Shown here: piece after piece, positions 37,787-46,459 of the stretch
Position numbering within the stretch: position 1 is the first letter of the stretch
Layout: each line of letters starts with the position of its first letter
Assembly (NCBI GenBank): GCA_964394295.1
Contig: CAYMVG010000004.1
Location: 27,433-91,432, forward strand
Reading direction: 5' to 3'
Origin: an uncultured Muribaculaceae bacterium
GTDB taxonomy: Bacteria > Bacteroidota > Bacteroidia > Bacteroidales > UBA932
DNA: 64,000 bases
Notes under the pieces: generated by a model
The model's database searches: none
Seen by the model: only the letters and a program-made list of their open reading frames with translations
Told to the model about the DNA's origin: nothing
Program-made: the position numbers and the translations under genes

Positions 37787-40291
37787 TTATAATATCATAC
37801 TTTTATAAGCAATTTCCGGCTCGGCGTCCATCATTTTGCGATAATCCGAACACCATTTGTCATAGACCTGTCTTGAGAGGCCCTTGTGTCCCCTCTTATA
37901 AAGAAGCCGGCATTTGACCCTTACTGCAAATTCGTCGAGGCAGTCTTCACGGAGTATGCAGTCGGCAATTCTGAGCATAGTGGCGCTGTCAGAGCTTACG
38001 GCCGGCTCCGCTGCCATTTTCATCATAATGGAAATAAGGTGCTCGGCATATTCGGACTTGTATCTGTCAAGCCATTCGTATTCGTAGCCGGCAAGCAGGG
38101 TCCCGCGTCCGGCCAGTCTCAGAAACGCGCCGAATTCTGCAGGTTTGACCTTGCCCGACTCTCCGAATTCTTTCATGAGGGACAGCATTTCCAGATAGTC
38201 GCACCTGATGTCTCCGCCAAGCTCCATTGTGATGATGTCATTGTTGAAAACCAGCGATATGTCGCCTATCTCCTGCAGGATAACCCTAAGTTTCCTCATG
38301 TTCACATTGCGGTTGTTGGAAGCCATCGACTTCTCCATGCCGAACCAGAAAATCTCATTAAGTTCATCCGCCGTCATGGCCTTTCCGGAAGCGACTGTGC
38401 GCAGAAGAAAATACAGGAAAAGCTGCCGGAGCATAGGGGTGAGTTTCGATGTCACATCACCGCCATCCCTGTCATAGATTTTCAGTCCTCCGAGAAGTGA
38501 AATGTTGTAAAAGACAGGCTTTGCGGCACTGTCGTCCGACACTGGCTCTGCAAGCGGCATCACTCTACGGCGGCGTACGATGAAAAAGGCCGCGCATGCA
38601 CCCGCACAGATGCCCAGAAGCACCAGCAAGGCAAGCCAAATCCCAAAGCGGACAGAATGTCCGGCCTCCTGCATTATATCGTCGGCCGAAACGGGCGGCC
38701 AGGACAGGGAATAGACATTCAGCTCGTTGGAGCCGTTTACCTTTGTGTTAAGGACTATCGCATAGAACCTGGAGCTGTCGGCGCTGAATACCAGATCCGC
38801 GTATGAATCGGTATCATGAAAGCTGAACGGTATCGGCGAAGAATAGCTGGCCATAGCGCCTCCGGCCTCGCAGGACACAAGGCTGAGAGAGGATTTGAAG
38901 CGGTTATTGCTGAATGCAAGTGCATAAACCCTGTCCGAAGCCTCATCGTATATCATTGAAGATGCGAATATCATCGGCTCCCTGTTCCATCGGAACAGTC
39001 CGAGGCTGTCGCATGCACATGTTTTCTCATCGATAATGAATATGTCATTGAGTGCGCCGGGAGACTCTTCCTGCAGGCCGGACTTGTTGCCGTATCCTCC
39101 GAGTATCATAAGATGCCCGTCCTTTCCCTTGCACATTGCGCAGAAATATCTCGGATATATCCTGTCCGATATGTCCGTGACAGTACGCCTGCCGCTGTCG
39201 ATGTCCGTAATGACAAGGTCGGCATTGTATCTGTGGTTGCCGTATCCTCCGAATACATACAGCATTCCCGAATCCGTATCGAGCCATCTGCAATGACCGA
39301 CAAGAGGAGGCCACGGCTCATTAAAAGAGCCTGTCCACGAGCATGTCCCGAAATCGTAATATGCCAGACTGCTGTCATGCATACTGTAGCATACCAGCCT
39401 GTCACTGCGCGGGTCATATATCATCTGGTTGCCGGCATAGGCGACAGGTTTGCCCGACACTTTTACGGAAGACATTATGCTTCCGTCCTTTAAAGAACAA
39501 ATATGCAGCGAGTCCTCCGTGGCGACAAACAGCCTCGAAGAGAGCCGGTCGCAGGCTATAAGCGGAGTGTACGATACGGTTTTCATCCGCAGAACATCAT
39601 TCCATTCACAATGGGAATCCACATTCCATATCCCGTTCCTGACTTCTGCCCGGCGGCCCGATACAAGGTCATGGACCTCGCCGTCACCGTGACGCAGCAT
39701 CTGCCAGTGAAATCTCACTCCCTTGGGATCCGACACAACTATTTCGCGGACTGAAACGGAAAGGGCGTCTGTTGTATAGAAAACCGGATGGTCATTGCGG
39801 CCGAACCTTATATCGATATCACCGAGATCGTGAAGCGTTCCGTCAATCCTGCGTTCAACATCATCTATGGCACAGGAAATGCCCTCTCCGGAAACATCCA
39901 GCCGCACATGATGCCAGCCCGTCAGAGAATCGGAAAGAATTGTACTGAAATCTATTTTGCCTATTGCCGAATAGCCGTCCGAAAGCACAAGATTGAAATG
40001 TCCGGCAATGACATTGGAAAGCATGTCTATGGAACTGTTGCCGGAAATTATCCTGAATACATATCCGTACCTTGCCTCCTCTGAATTGATGCGCATGTCA
40101 AATTCAAGGGTGAATCCTTTCCTGAAACTGAAATGCCCATCAGAAGAAAGATTAAGCCCCGTCCTCTCATCCAGATTGAAGCCGTGCGCCTTGAAAGTCA
40201 AGCCATAATCTACTCCGGGGATGTCTTCTGCAAAAGCAGGGCATGCCCATATGAGGAAAAAGATATATAGGAGTAGTGTCTTTCGTCTCAT
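37787..40291 (-). CDS. Membrane-spanning regulator: periplasmic ConA-like + Kelch beta-propeller, TM, cytoplasmic SARP/OmpR-BTAD-like output
   Basis: Signal peptide, Kelch motifs (YVFGGYG, ILGGYGN.SG.Q) and a TM followed by RRRR. Then ISLLGGL.I.D..G.DVT..L.P, FW, NRNVN..KLR..L and a BTAD-like tail. Confidence 0.8.
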   Translation of the reverse strand: MRRKTLLLYIFFLIWACPAFAEDIPGVDYGLTFKAHGFNLDERTGLNLSSDGHFSFRKGFTLEFDMRINSEEARYGYVFRIISGNSSIDMLSNVIAGHFNLVLSDGYSAIGKIDFSTILSDSLTGWHHVRLDVSGEGISCAIDDVERRIDGTLHDLGDIDIRFGRNDHPVFYTTDALSVSVREIVVSDPKGVRFHWQMLRHGDGEVHDLVSGRRAEVRNGIWNVDSHCEWNDVLRMKTVSYTPLIACDRLSSRLFVATEDSLHICSLKDGSIMSSVKVSGKPVAYAGNQMIYDPRSDRLVCYSMHDSSLAYYDFGTCSWTGSFNEPWPPLVGHCRWLDTDSGMLYVFGGYGNHRYNADLVITDIDSGRRTVTDISDRIYPRYFCAMCKGKDGHLMILGGYGNKSGLQEESPGALNDIFIIDEKTCACDSLGLFRWNREPMIFASSMIYDEASDRVYALAFSNNRFKSSLSLVSCEAGGAMASYSSPIPFSFHDTDSYADLVFSADSSRFYAIVLNTKVNGSNELNVYSLSWPPVSADDIMQEAGHSVRFGIWLALLVLLGICAGACAAFFIVRRRRVMPLAEPVSDDSAAKPVFYNISLLGGLKIYDRDGGDVTSKLTPMLRQLFLYFLLRTVASGKAMTADELNEIFWFGMEKSMASNNRNVNMRKLRVILQEIGDISLVFNNDIITMELGGDIRCDYLEMLSLMKEFGESGKVKPAEFGAFLRLAGRGTLLAGYEYEWLDRYKSEYAEHLISIMMKMAAEPAVSSDSATMLRIADCILREDCLDEFAVRVKCRLLYKRGHKGLSRQVYDKWCSDYRKMMDAEPEIAYKSMIL

Positions 40292-40335
40292 TGTTTCTGA
40301 AAACAGCCTGAAAATTCCGGGCTTTCTTTGCAATG

Positions 40336-40343
40336 CAAAATTA
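40336..40343 (-). promoter_or_regulatory. -7 promoter box for the regulator gene
   Basis: TAATTTTG on the minus strand, 45 nt upstream of ATG 40291. Confidence 0.55.
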
Positions 40344-40355
40344 ATTATTTTTCCT

Positions 40356-41438
40356 TTACTTTACGATTTTGGCGGCAATCATCAGATCTTTCAGAGGAGA
40401 TGACGGATCATCTGAAAGTATCCTTACAGTCTCAAAAAGAGTTCCTTCAGGAAAATGCGCAATGTCAAGCAGCACCTCAAACGACATTGAGGCGCCGGGA
40501 GCGACGGAACTGCCCTTTTCAAGGGAAACAACGGACAGTCCCTCCGGACATGATATGTCCATTATTGTCAAAGGGGCGGTGCCTTCATTCTTCATTTTGT
40601 AAGTAACCCTGCTGACACCGGAACAGGAACGGATTGTTCCTATATTGACGTACGTTCCGCCCATGCGCATCGACGGACGGGGAGAAGATTCCGCAAGGCC
40701 GGAAAAATCATCCGTAACAACGGCCCGGGCATCAATCTCAACCCTTGATTCCCCGGCACACAGAATAAAGCTATCGGAATAAAAGCCTGCTCCGCAGCCG
40801 GCAGCATCATACGTCATCACAATCTCACCGGCAGCGCCTGGAAGCACGGTTTCCGGACACACGACAGAAAAAAGTCCGCTTGATGATACGGGTTCAGCTT
40901 CCAAAGCAAGTTCTTTTCCCGAGACATTGGCAAAACGCAGGGAAAGAGTTCTGGACTGTCCGGACGGACACAAGGAAAAGTTGAAGACGGTCTTGTCTAT
41001 GCGAAGGCCGCTCCCGACCTGTACGGGATATTCCTCTTCGACAGATTTTTTGCGCGGGATGAGATTGACCGAAAACGTAAGGCTTTGCTCCGACTTTCCG
41101 TCAATTTTCACAGTCGCCCCCTTATACTGTTCTCCGGTATAGCCTAAAGGGTCAAAGGTCACCTTTACCGTGCCTTTCGCTCCGGGAGGTATAACCCTCA
41201 TGGACGCCGTACCTCTTGTACATCCGCACAGGGTACGTATCCGGGTAATCCGCACTGTATCGCTGCCCGTATTTGTAAAATTATATTCATGGACAAGTGT
41301 TCCGCCGTCTTCCTTTGCAATGCCGAAATCATAATGGGTTTCCTCAAAGGCCAGTGCAGAAATATTTTCCTGTCCCCCGCACAAAACAGGGAACAGGAAA
41401 TACATAAACATAAGAATGCACAGTTCGTGTTTTCTCAT
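40356..41438 (-). CDS. DUF1573 domain protein (three Ig-like domains)
   Basis: F.ETHYDFG...F.NTG...I......CGCT......I.PG..G...VTFDP, with a similar N.G..PL.I motif repeated near the C-terminus. Confidence 0.85.
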   Translation of the reverse strand: MRKHELCILMFMYFLFPVLCGGQENISALAFEETHYDFGIAKEDGGTLVHEYNFTNTGSDTVRITRIRTLCGCTRGTASMRVIPPGAKGTVKVTFDPLGYTGEQYKGATVKIDGKSEQSLTFSVNLIPRKKSVEEEYPVQVGSGLRIDKTVFNFSLCPSGQSRTLSLRFANVSGKELALEAEPVSSSGLFSVVCPETVLPGAAGEIVMTYDAAGCGAGFYSDSFILCAGESRVEIDARAVVTDDFSGLAESSPRPSMRMGGTYVNIGTIRSCSGVSRVTYKMKNEGTAPLTIMDISCPEGLSVVSLEKGSSVAPGASMSFEVLLDIAHFPEGTLFETVRILSDDPSSPLKDLMIAAKIVK

Positions 41439-41451
41439 AATTAATATAAAG

Positions 41452-43908
41452 CTAATCCGAGAAACCCGGGCCGCAAGGTGCCAGATTGTCGACATTGTAA
41501 TACCAGTCCGGAGACTCGGGACCGACACGTCCGATGGCTGTAATCACGGCATCAGGGTTCATGACACCGTTTTCCTTGTATCCTTTGAAGATACAGAGAC
41601 CGACTTTGTTCGGGCCATAATCGGTTTCGGGAAGCCAGTCTCCATGTCCTTCCGGCCTGAGAACCGTCACGTTTCCTCCGAGTCTGGTGAGTCTGTCGAA
41701 TCCGAGGAAATTTTCAAAATACGGACAGCCCGTAATTACAAGGTCTCTTCCTATTTCCCGGAGAGTTTCGCTTCTGAAATCCCAGAAAGCGTGCTCGATA
41801 TTCTCCATTATGAAGTCCTCTCCGATTTTTTCTATCACAGGGAAGAATCTTGCACTGAATCCTGCCATCGGACCGGTAATCCTGATGCTGCCTCCTACTT
41901 CGGTCAAATTAGTGAACGGATTCCAGTCCGTAGGGAACTGAGGGCAATTCTCAAGAACCACGTCACCGGTCAGTTTCGACATTCTGAGTCCGTTCGGATT
42001 AATATGAGCCGGAATATTTCGCATCACTACCGAGCCTTGTATATCGATAAACTCAAAGCATTGGTCAGTATTCAGCCAGAAATCCTCGTCACCGATTGCT
42101 TCCAGCGTAAGTGTCCCGAGAATCGTTCCCACACGGTCATTTATTTTTCTGAATATAGCGTCATCGGTTATATCGGCACCTGTAATGAACAAATCCTTTA
42201 CAGTCTCCTTTTCTTCGCCTTTTTCTTCGATGAAAGCTTTCAGGGCGTCGAGACCGATGATTATATGGCTCTTCGGCCCGTCAGGATTGCATGAATTCAA
42301 GTCATCGACATTGATTTCTTTGCCGCTCTGTCCGAGCTTTACTGTTGCCTCAGCCCCAATGGCACCGCTGTCTTTGAGATCCTTTATCAGGCAATATCCG
42401 ATACAGCTGTTGCCGTCTACAACGGAATTTTCCAGAGGCAACTTGGAATTATTGTTGAACACCACGACATTTCCGCCGACAAGGACCAGATTCTCAAATC
42501 CGTGAAGACTCCACAGATTGCGGTTGTCCTGAATAATGAGGTCTCCGCCGATTCTCTCCACAGACATTCCTCCGCTTAATTGCCACAGTTCATCCGTACC
42601 GCTGATTTCCAGACTGCCGCCTACTGTCTTGAGATTATTGAGCGTCGTTCCGTTCATTTTGTGGAAGCCTCTGAGAATCAGATTTCCTGCCACCTCCTCT
42701 ATTATATCCAGTCCTGACCCGATACCCCAGTCCGCACAGAAATTAGGACAATCTTCGATTACAAGACTGCCGTTAATTCTCGTGTATGGTTTCTTAAAGA
42801 ATCCGTTCGGATTTATGATGTTGACGATATTGCGCAAGACAATACTTCCGTTGCAGTCCATGTTTTCAAGAAAATTCTGGGTATCGAGCCAGTCTCCCGA
42901 ATTGTCTGTTCCGATGCCGTCAAGGGTAAGCGTACCTCTGATTTCTCCGACTCTCGATGCTATGCCGCGCAATTCCGCACTTGTCACGCCTCTTCCTGTA
43001 ACGGTAAGATTGATGACCGTCTCGCGCTCAGAGCCTTTCCCTTCCACAAAGGCATCGACCTCTTCTTTTCCGGAAAGCACATAACTGCTGTATTCCGCCG
43101 CAATCCAGTCTTCGTCGGATATGACAAAATCTCCCAGCCACTTGTTGCCGTTCCTTTGTATTTCCACATCGGCTGTATACTGTTTTACGCAGGATGCTTC
43201 AAGAGTCGAGTTTTCAAACTTAAGCGTAAGTCCTCTGTATGTGCCCGGAGCCAGTACAAACCAGTATTTCCGGCCTTCTTCAAAATTTCCCTCCAGCTTC
43301 ACGTACGAGTCATTGCCGGTAACTTTCATGACCGGTTCCGCACCTTCGGCATTGATTTCCACTGTACCGGACATTGGAACATCACCGGAACGGCTTGAAA
43401 GTGTCACGGAAGTAAGGCCGTCAGCCTTTACAGAGAAGCCTGCTATCGCACCGGCGTTCCTGAAATAAAGATTTTCTCCCGAAGCCCTGGCTACTGAAAG
43501 GTTCGCCTTTTGTGCAAAAGTTCCGGCTGTCGCCTCCTGGACCGGCGGGAGCACTGTTGTTATCACTTTGCCGGACATAGAGGCATCCTCATTGTACGGA
43601 TAAAGCGCATAATATTCTTCCGCATACTCGACAAGACCTTCAAAAGTCGCAGTTTTGTCATCGTCCTGAAGATTCGATACAGTGAACTGTCTGTTTTCTT
43701 CGCCGGCAAATACGGAAATTGCATCTTTCGATGTCCACAGCACACTGTAGTCCGACGAAAGCGAAGTTTTTGTCACCGCGGCATCAGTGTAGCCCGTAAA
43801 AGTCTTTTTAACAAGGGAGTCACCACCGGCCACCTCGGCTTCCTTTACGCATGACATAAGCATAAAGGCCGAAGCGGCGCATATCATTATATTATTGATT
43901 GTTTTCAT
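41452..43908 (-). CDS. Surface lipoprotein: fimbrillin-like N-domain + two receptor-L-domain-like modules
   Basis: Lipobox LMSC, TKTSL...W...D.ISVF...YYALYPY, and repeated L..V.G.L.I solenoid turns in two roughly 270-aa modules. Confidence 0.7.
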   Translation of the reverse strand: MKTINNIMICAASAFMLMSCVKEAEVAGGDSLVKKTFTGYTDAAVTKTSLSSDYSVLWTSKDAISVFAGEENRQFTVSNLQDDDKTATFEGLVEYAEEYYALYPYNEDASMSGKVITTVLPPVQEATAGTFAQKANLSVARASGENLYFRNAGAIAGFSVKADGLTSVTLSSRSGDVPMSGTVEINAEGAEPVMKVTGNDSYVKLEGNFEEGRKYWFVLAPGTYRGLTLKFENSTLEASCVKQYTADVEIQRNGNKWLGDFVISDEDWIAAEYSSYVLSGKEEVDAFVEGKGSERETVINLTVTGRGVTSAELRGIASRVGEIRGTLTLDGIGTDNSGDWLDTQNFLENMDCNGSIVLRNIVNIINPNGFFKKPYTRINGSLVIEDCPNFCADWGIGSGLDIIEEVAGNLILRGFHKMNGTTLNNLKTVGGSLEISGTDELWQLSGGMSVERIGGDLIIQDNRNLWSLHGFENLVLVGGNVVVFNNNSKLPLENSVVDGNSCIGYCLIKDLKDSGAIGAEATVKLGQSGKEINVDDLNSCNPDGPKSHIIIGLDALKAFIEEKGEEKETVKDLFITGADITDDAIFRKINDRVGTILGTLTLEAIGDEDFWLNTDQCFEFIDIQGSVVMRNIPAHINPNGLRMSKLTGDVVLENCPQFPTDWNPFTNLTEVGGSIRITGPMAGFSARFFPVIEKIGEDFIMENIEHAFWDFRSETLREIGRDLVITGCPYFENFLGFDRLTRLGGNVTVLRPEGHGDWLPETDYGPNKVGLCIFKGYKENGVMNPDAVITAIGRVGPESPDWYYNVDNLAPCGPGFSD

Positions 43909-43935
43909 TTTGTGTCCGCTATTAATGTCTGTCGT

Positions 43936-46431
43936 CTATTCCCATTCTCCCAAATAATCGGGGTCCCTATATTTTTCATTTCCCCCGTTCTTGTCAGATT
44001 CATCCACATAAGAACATGATTTGACCGTACTGAAATCGACTGTCTCCCCGTCCTTGACAATAGTGACAGACGCATCCCGGTTCATAATCATGTTGTCCAT
44101 CAAGTCACGCAGCAGGCACAGACCACGGCAGTCCTGCTCGTCGATACGGCCGTTTTTGACCTGAAGCTTGCCATAGTCGGAGATCAGGACATCCCCTCCG
44201 AGCCATGTAAGATTCTCGAATCCGTTCAGTCCCCAGAATGAATGGCAGTCCTTTATTACGAGATCGCCGCCGATATAGGTAAGGTTCATCATATTATGCA
44301 TATAATACAGATGAGGCAGATCCTCAAGGACAAAATCGCCGCCGACATACTCCAGATTCGCCCAGGCGCCGCCGTCATACCATGAATCGACACCTGAATT
44401 GATGAATTTCATGTCGCCACCGATTTTCCTGATATTGGCAAGTCCCTGGAAATTTTCCGTAGCGACATCGGTCCAGTGCATACAGAAACCGGCGCAATTC
44501 TCTATTATAAGGCTTCCCTTGATTTCATCCATATTTACAAAACCGTTCGGATTGATTGCATCTCCGGCAATATTCCTCATGACGATGCTTCCCTCGAATA
44601 TGCCGTTATGCGTAAAGAACGAGAGGAAGTTCTCCGTGCTGATTCCCCAGCCGTCAGACGGACTCTTGTAACCGATGTTTTCAAGAGTAAGAGTCCCTTT
44701 GACAGTATGTACACGCTGGATGATGCTGCCGAGAGTACCGGAATCGACATCATCGCCCGTTATCGTAAGGTTATTGACGACTTCATCGGTGACTCCGGCA
44801 TTTACAAAGGCCTCGATTTCAGCCTTGCCGTTAAGAACATAGCTCTGCGGATCACCCGGCATAGTGCCGTCGCATGACGGAAGGACGGAAATGTCTATCG
44901 TCTCCGAAGAAGTGCCGAGCCTTATTGCAGCAGTCGACGATATTATATTCTTGTTGATGTATTCCCTGACAATGCAGAAACCCACTGAACTTTCATCCGA
45001 TACGGCAGGAATCGCACCGTTGTCGAGAATTATGACATTTCCTCCTATAGATCTGAGTCTGTCGAGGCCTTCAAGACTCGCAAGAGCTGTGTTTCCGGTG
45101 ATATTGATGTCGCCTCCAACTTCAGAAAGGACAGCATCCTTGAATGAAGTGAGGTTTTGACCGCTGCCGATGACCTCAAAATCTCCTTCCACAGAGACAA
45201 GCGAGGCAAATGATTCACCGCCGGTAAATGTAATGTTCGTATTCTCAAGCTTCAGTGAACCGGATACAGTCCCGATGGAATTGAATCCCTGTCCGAGCTT
45301 GGGGCATCCGGAGACAACAAAGTCGCCTCCTGCAGAAGTGCAGGCATCAAACCCGGAAGCGGATTCAAGCGAAGGACAGTTTTTGAGCGATATGCCTTTG
45401 CGGCATTCGATTCTGTCAAAAAAGCCTGCCGTGGTCGTGGCGCCCACATTGTCCCAGACAAGATTTCCGAGGACAGCGCCCACACGTTCCGATACCTTTG
45501 CCAACATTTCATCAGTAATGTCCCGTCCGGATATCGAGAGGTCAACAACCTCTTCCTTAGGATTCGGGAGCAATGCACAGAAGGCCTCGAGTTCTTCCGC
45601 GCCTTTTATGTCGTAGCTCTGCCCTACAGGAGGACGCTGAATCCAGTCTTCGTCTGTGAAAACGACCTCATATTCCCTTACGGTATTCCTTTCGAGAGTC
45701 AGTTCCTCAGGCTCGACAACGACATCGGCCGACAGTCCGGTTTCGTTTACGGCTGTGATTACAAGGCCGCTGACAGTTCCCGGAATCACAGCGATATAAT
45801 AAGTCCTGTCAGGATAAAGACTGCCTTCCAGAACAATCCTGTCGCTTCCGGTTACAACTGTCGCCTTGCCGGTACCGGTGTTCATCCTCACCTTTCCGGC
45901 TATGCGGTCATTCTCTGAAGCGCCTGATACTGAAAGGCTCTTTATATTTCCGGAATATCTGACGGCAAGCAGGGCAACCATGTTCTTGAATTCTATTTCA
46001 TCCCCGGAAGTCCTTGCCACGGCAAGCATCGCCGCAGGATCGAAACTTCCGGCAACGGCGGCCTGCTTTTCAGGCAATGTAGCAGTAATATTGTCACCGC
46101 TGTTCGTTGCAGCGGCATCGTAGGGATAAAGTGCATAGTATGTCTTGGCATATACGACAGAACCGGAAAATTCCGCTGTCTGTCCATTTGCACCGGAGGC
46201 GTCCAGCCTTTGGTTCTTCTTGTTGGAAAAAACAGATATGGACTCGTTTCCTGTCCAGTCGACAGAAAGATTGCCGCCAAGCGACGCTTTTGTCTGGAAA
46301 GATTCAAAGCCGGCCTTCCAGGTGACATCGATTTCGGACTGTGAGCCCGTTCCGTTGCCGTCATCCGGTTTGCAGGCAGGATGTACGATGAATGCCGCCG
46401 CACATAGGATTAATGTATAAAAACGTTTCAT
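43936..46431 (-). CDS. Surface lipoprotein: fimbrillin-like N-domain + two receptor-L-domain-like modules (paralogue)
   Basis: Lipoprotein-type Cys (HPAC), TKASL...W...ISVF...YYALYPY, and the same duplicated solenoid module. Confidence 0.7.
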   Translation of the reverse strand: MKRFYTLILCAAAFIVHPACKPDDGNGTGSQSEIDVTWKAGFESFQTKASLGGNLSVDWTGNESISVFSNKKNQRLDASGANGQTAEFSGSVVYAKTYYALYPYDAAATNSGDNITATLPEKQAAVAGSFDPAAMLAVARTSGDEIEFKNMVALLAVRYSGNIKSLSVSGASENDRIAGKVRMNTGTGKATVVTGSDRIVLEGSLYPDRTYYIAVIPGTVSGLVITAVNETGLSADVVVEPEELTLERNTVREYEVVFTDEDWIQRPPVGQSYDIKGAEELEAFCALLPNPKEEVVDLSISGRDITDEMLAKVSERVGAVLGNLVWDNVGATTTAGFFDRIECRKGISLKNCPSLESASGFDACTSAGGDFVVSGCPKLGQGFNSIGTVSGSLKLENTNITFTGGESFASLVSVEGDFEVIGSGQNLTSFKDAVLSEVGGDINITGNTALASLEGLDRLRSIGGNVIILDNGAIPAVSDESSVGFCIVREYINKNIISSTAAIRLGTSSETIDISVLPSCDGTMPGDPQSYVLNGKAEIEAFVNAGVTDEVVNNLTITGDDVDSGTLGSIIQRVHTVKGTLTLENIGYKSPSDGWGISTENFLSFFTHNGIFEGSIVMRNIAGDAINPNGFVNMDEIKGSLIIENCAGFCMHWTDVATENFQGLANIRKIGGDMKFINSGVDSWYDGGAWANLEYVGGDFVLEDLPHLYYMHNMMNLTYIGGDLVIKDCHSFWGLNGFENLTWLGGDVLISDYGKLQVKNGRIDEQDCRGLCLLRDLMDNMIMNRDASVTIVKDGETVDFSTVKSCSYVDESDKNGGNEKYRDPDYLGEWE

Positions 46432-46459
46432 ATAGAGCTGTGTTTTAGTGTATTTCTGT

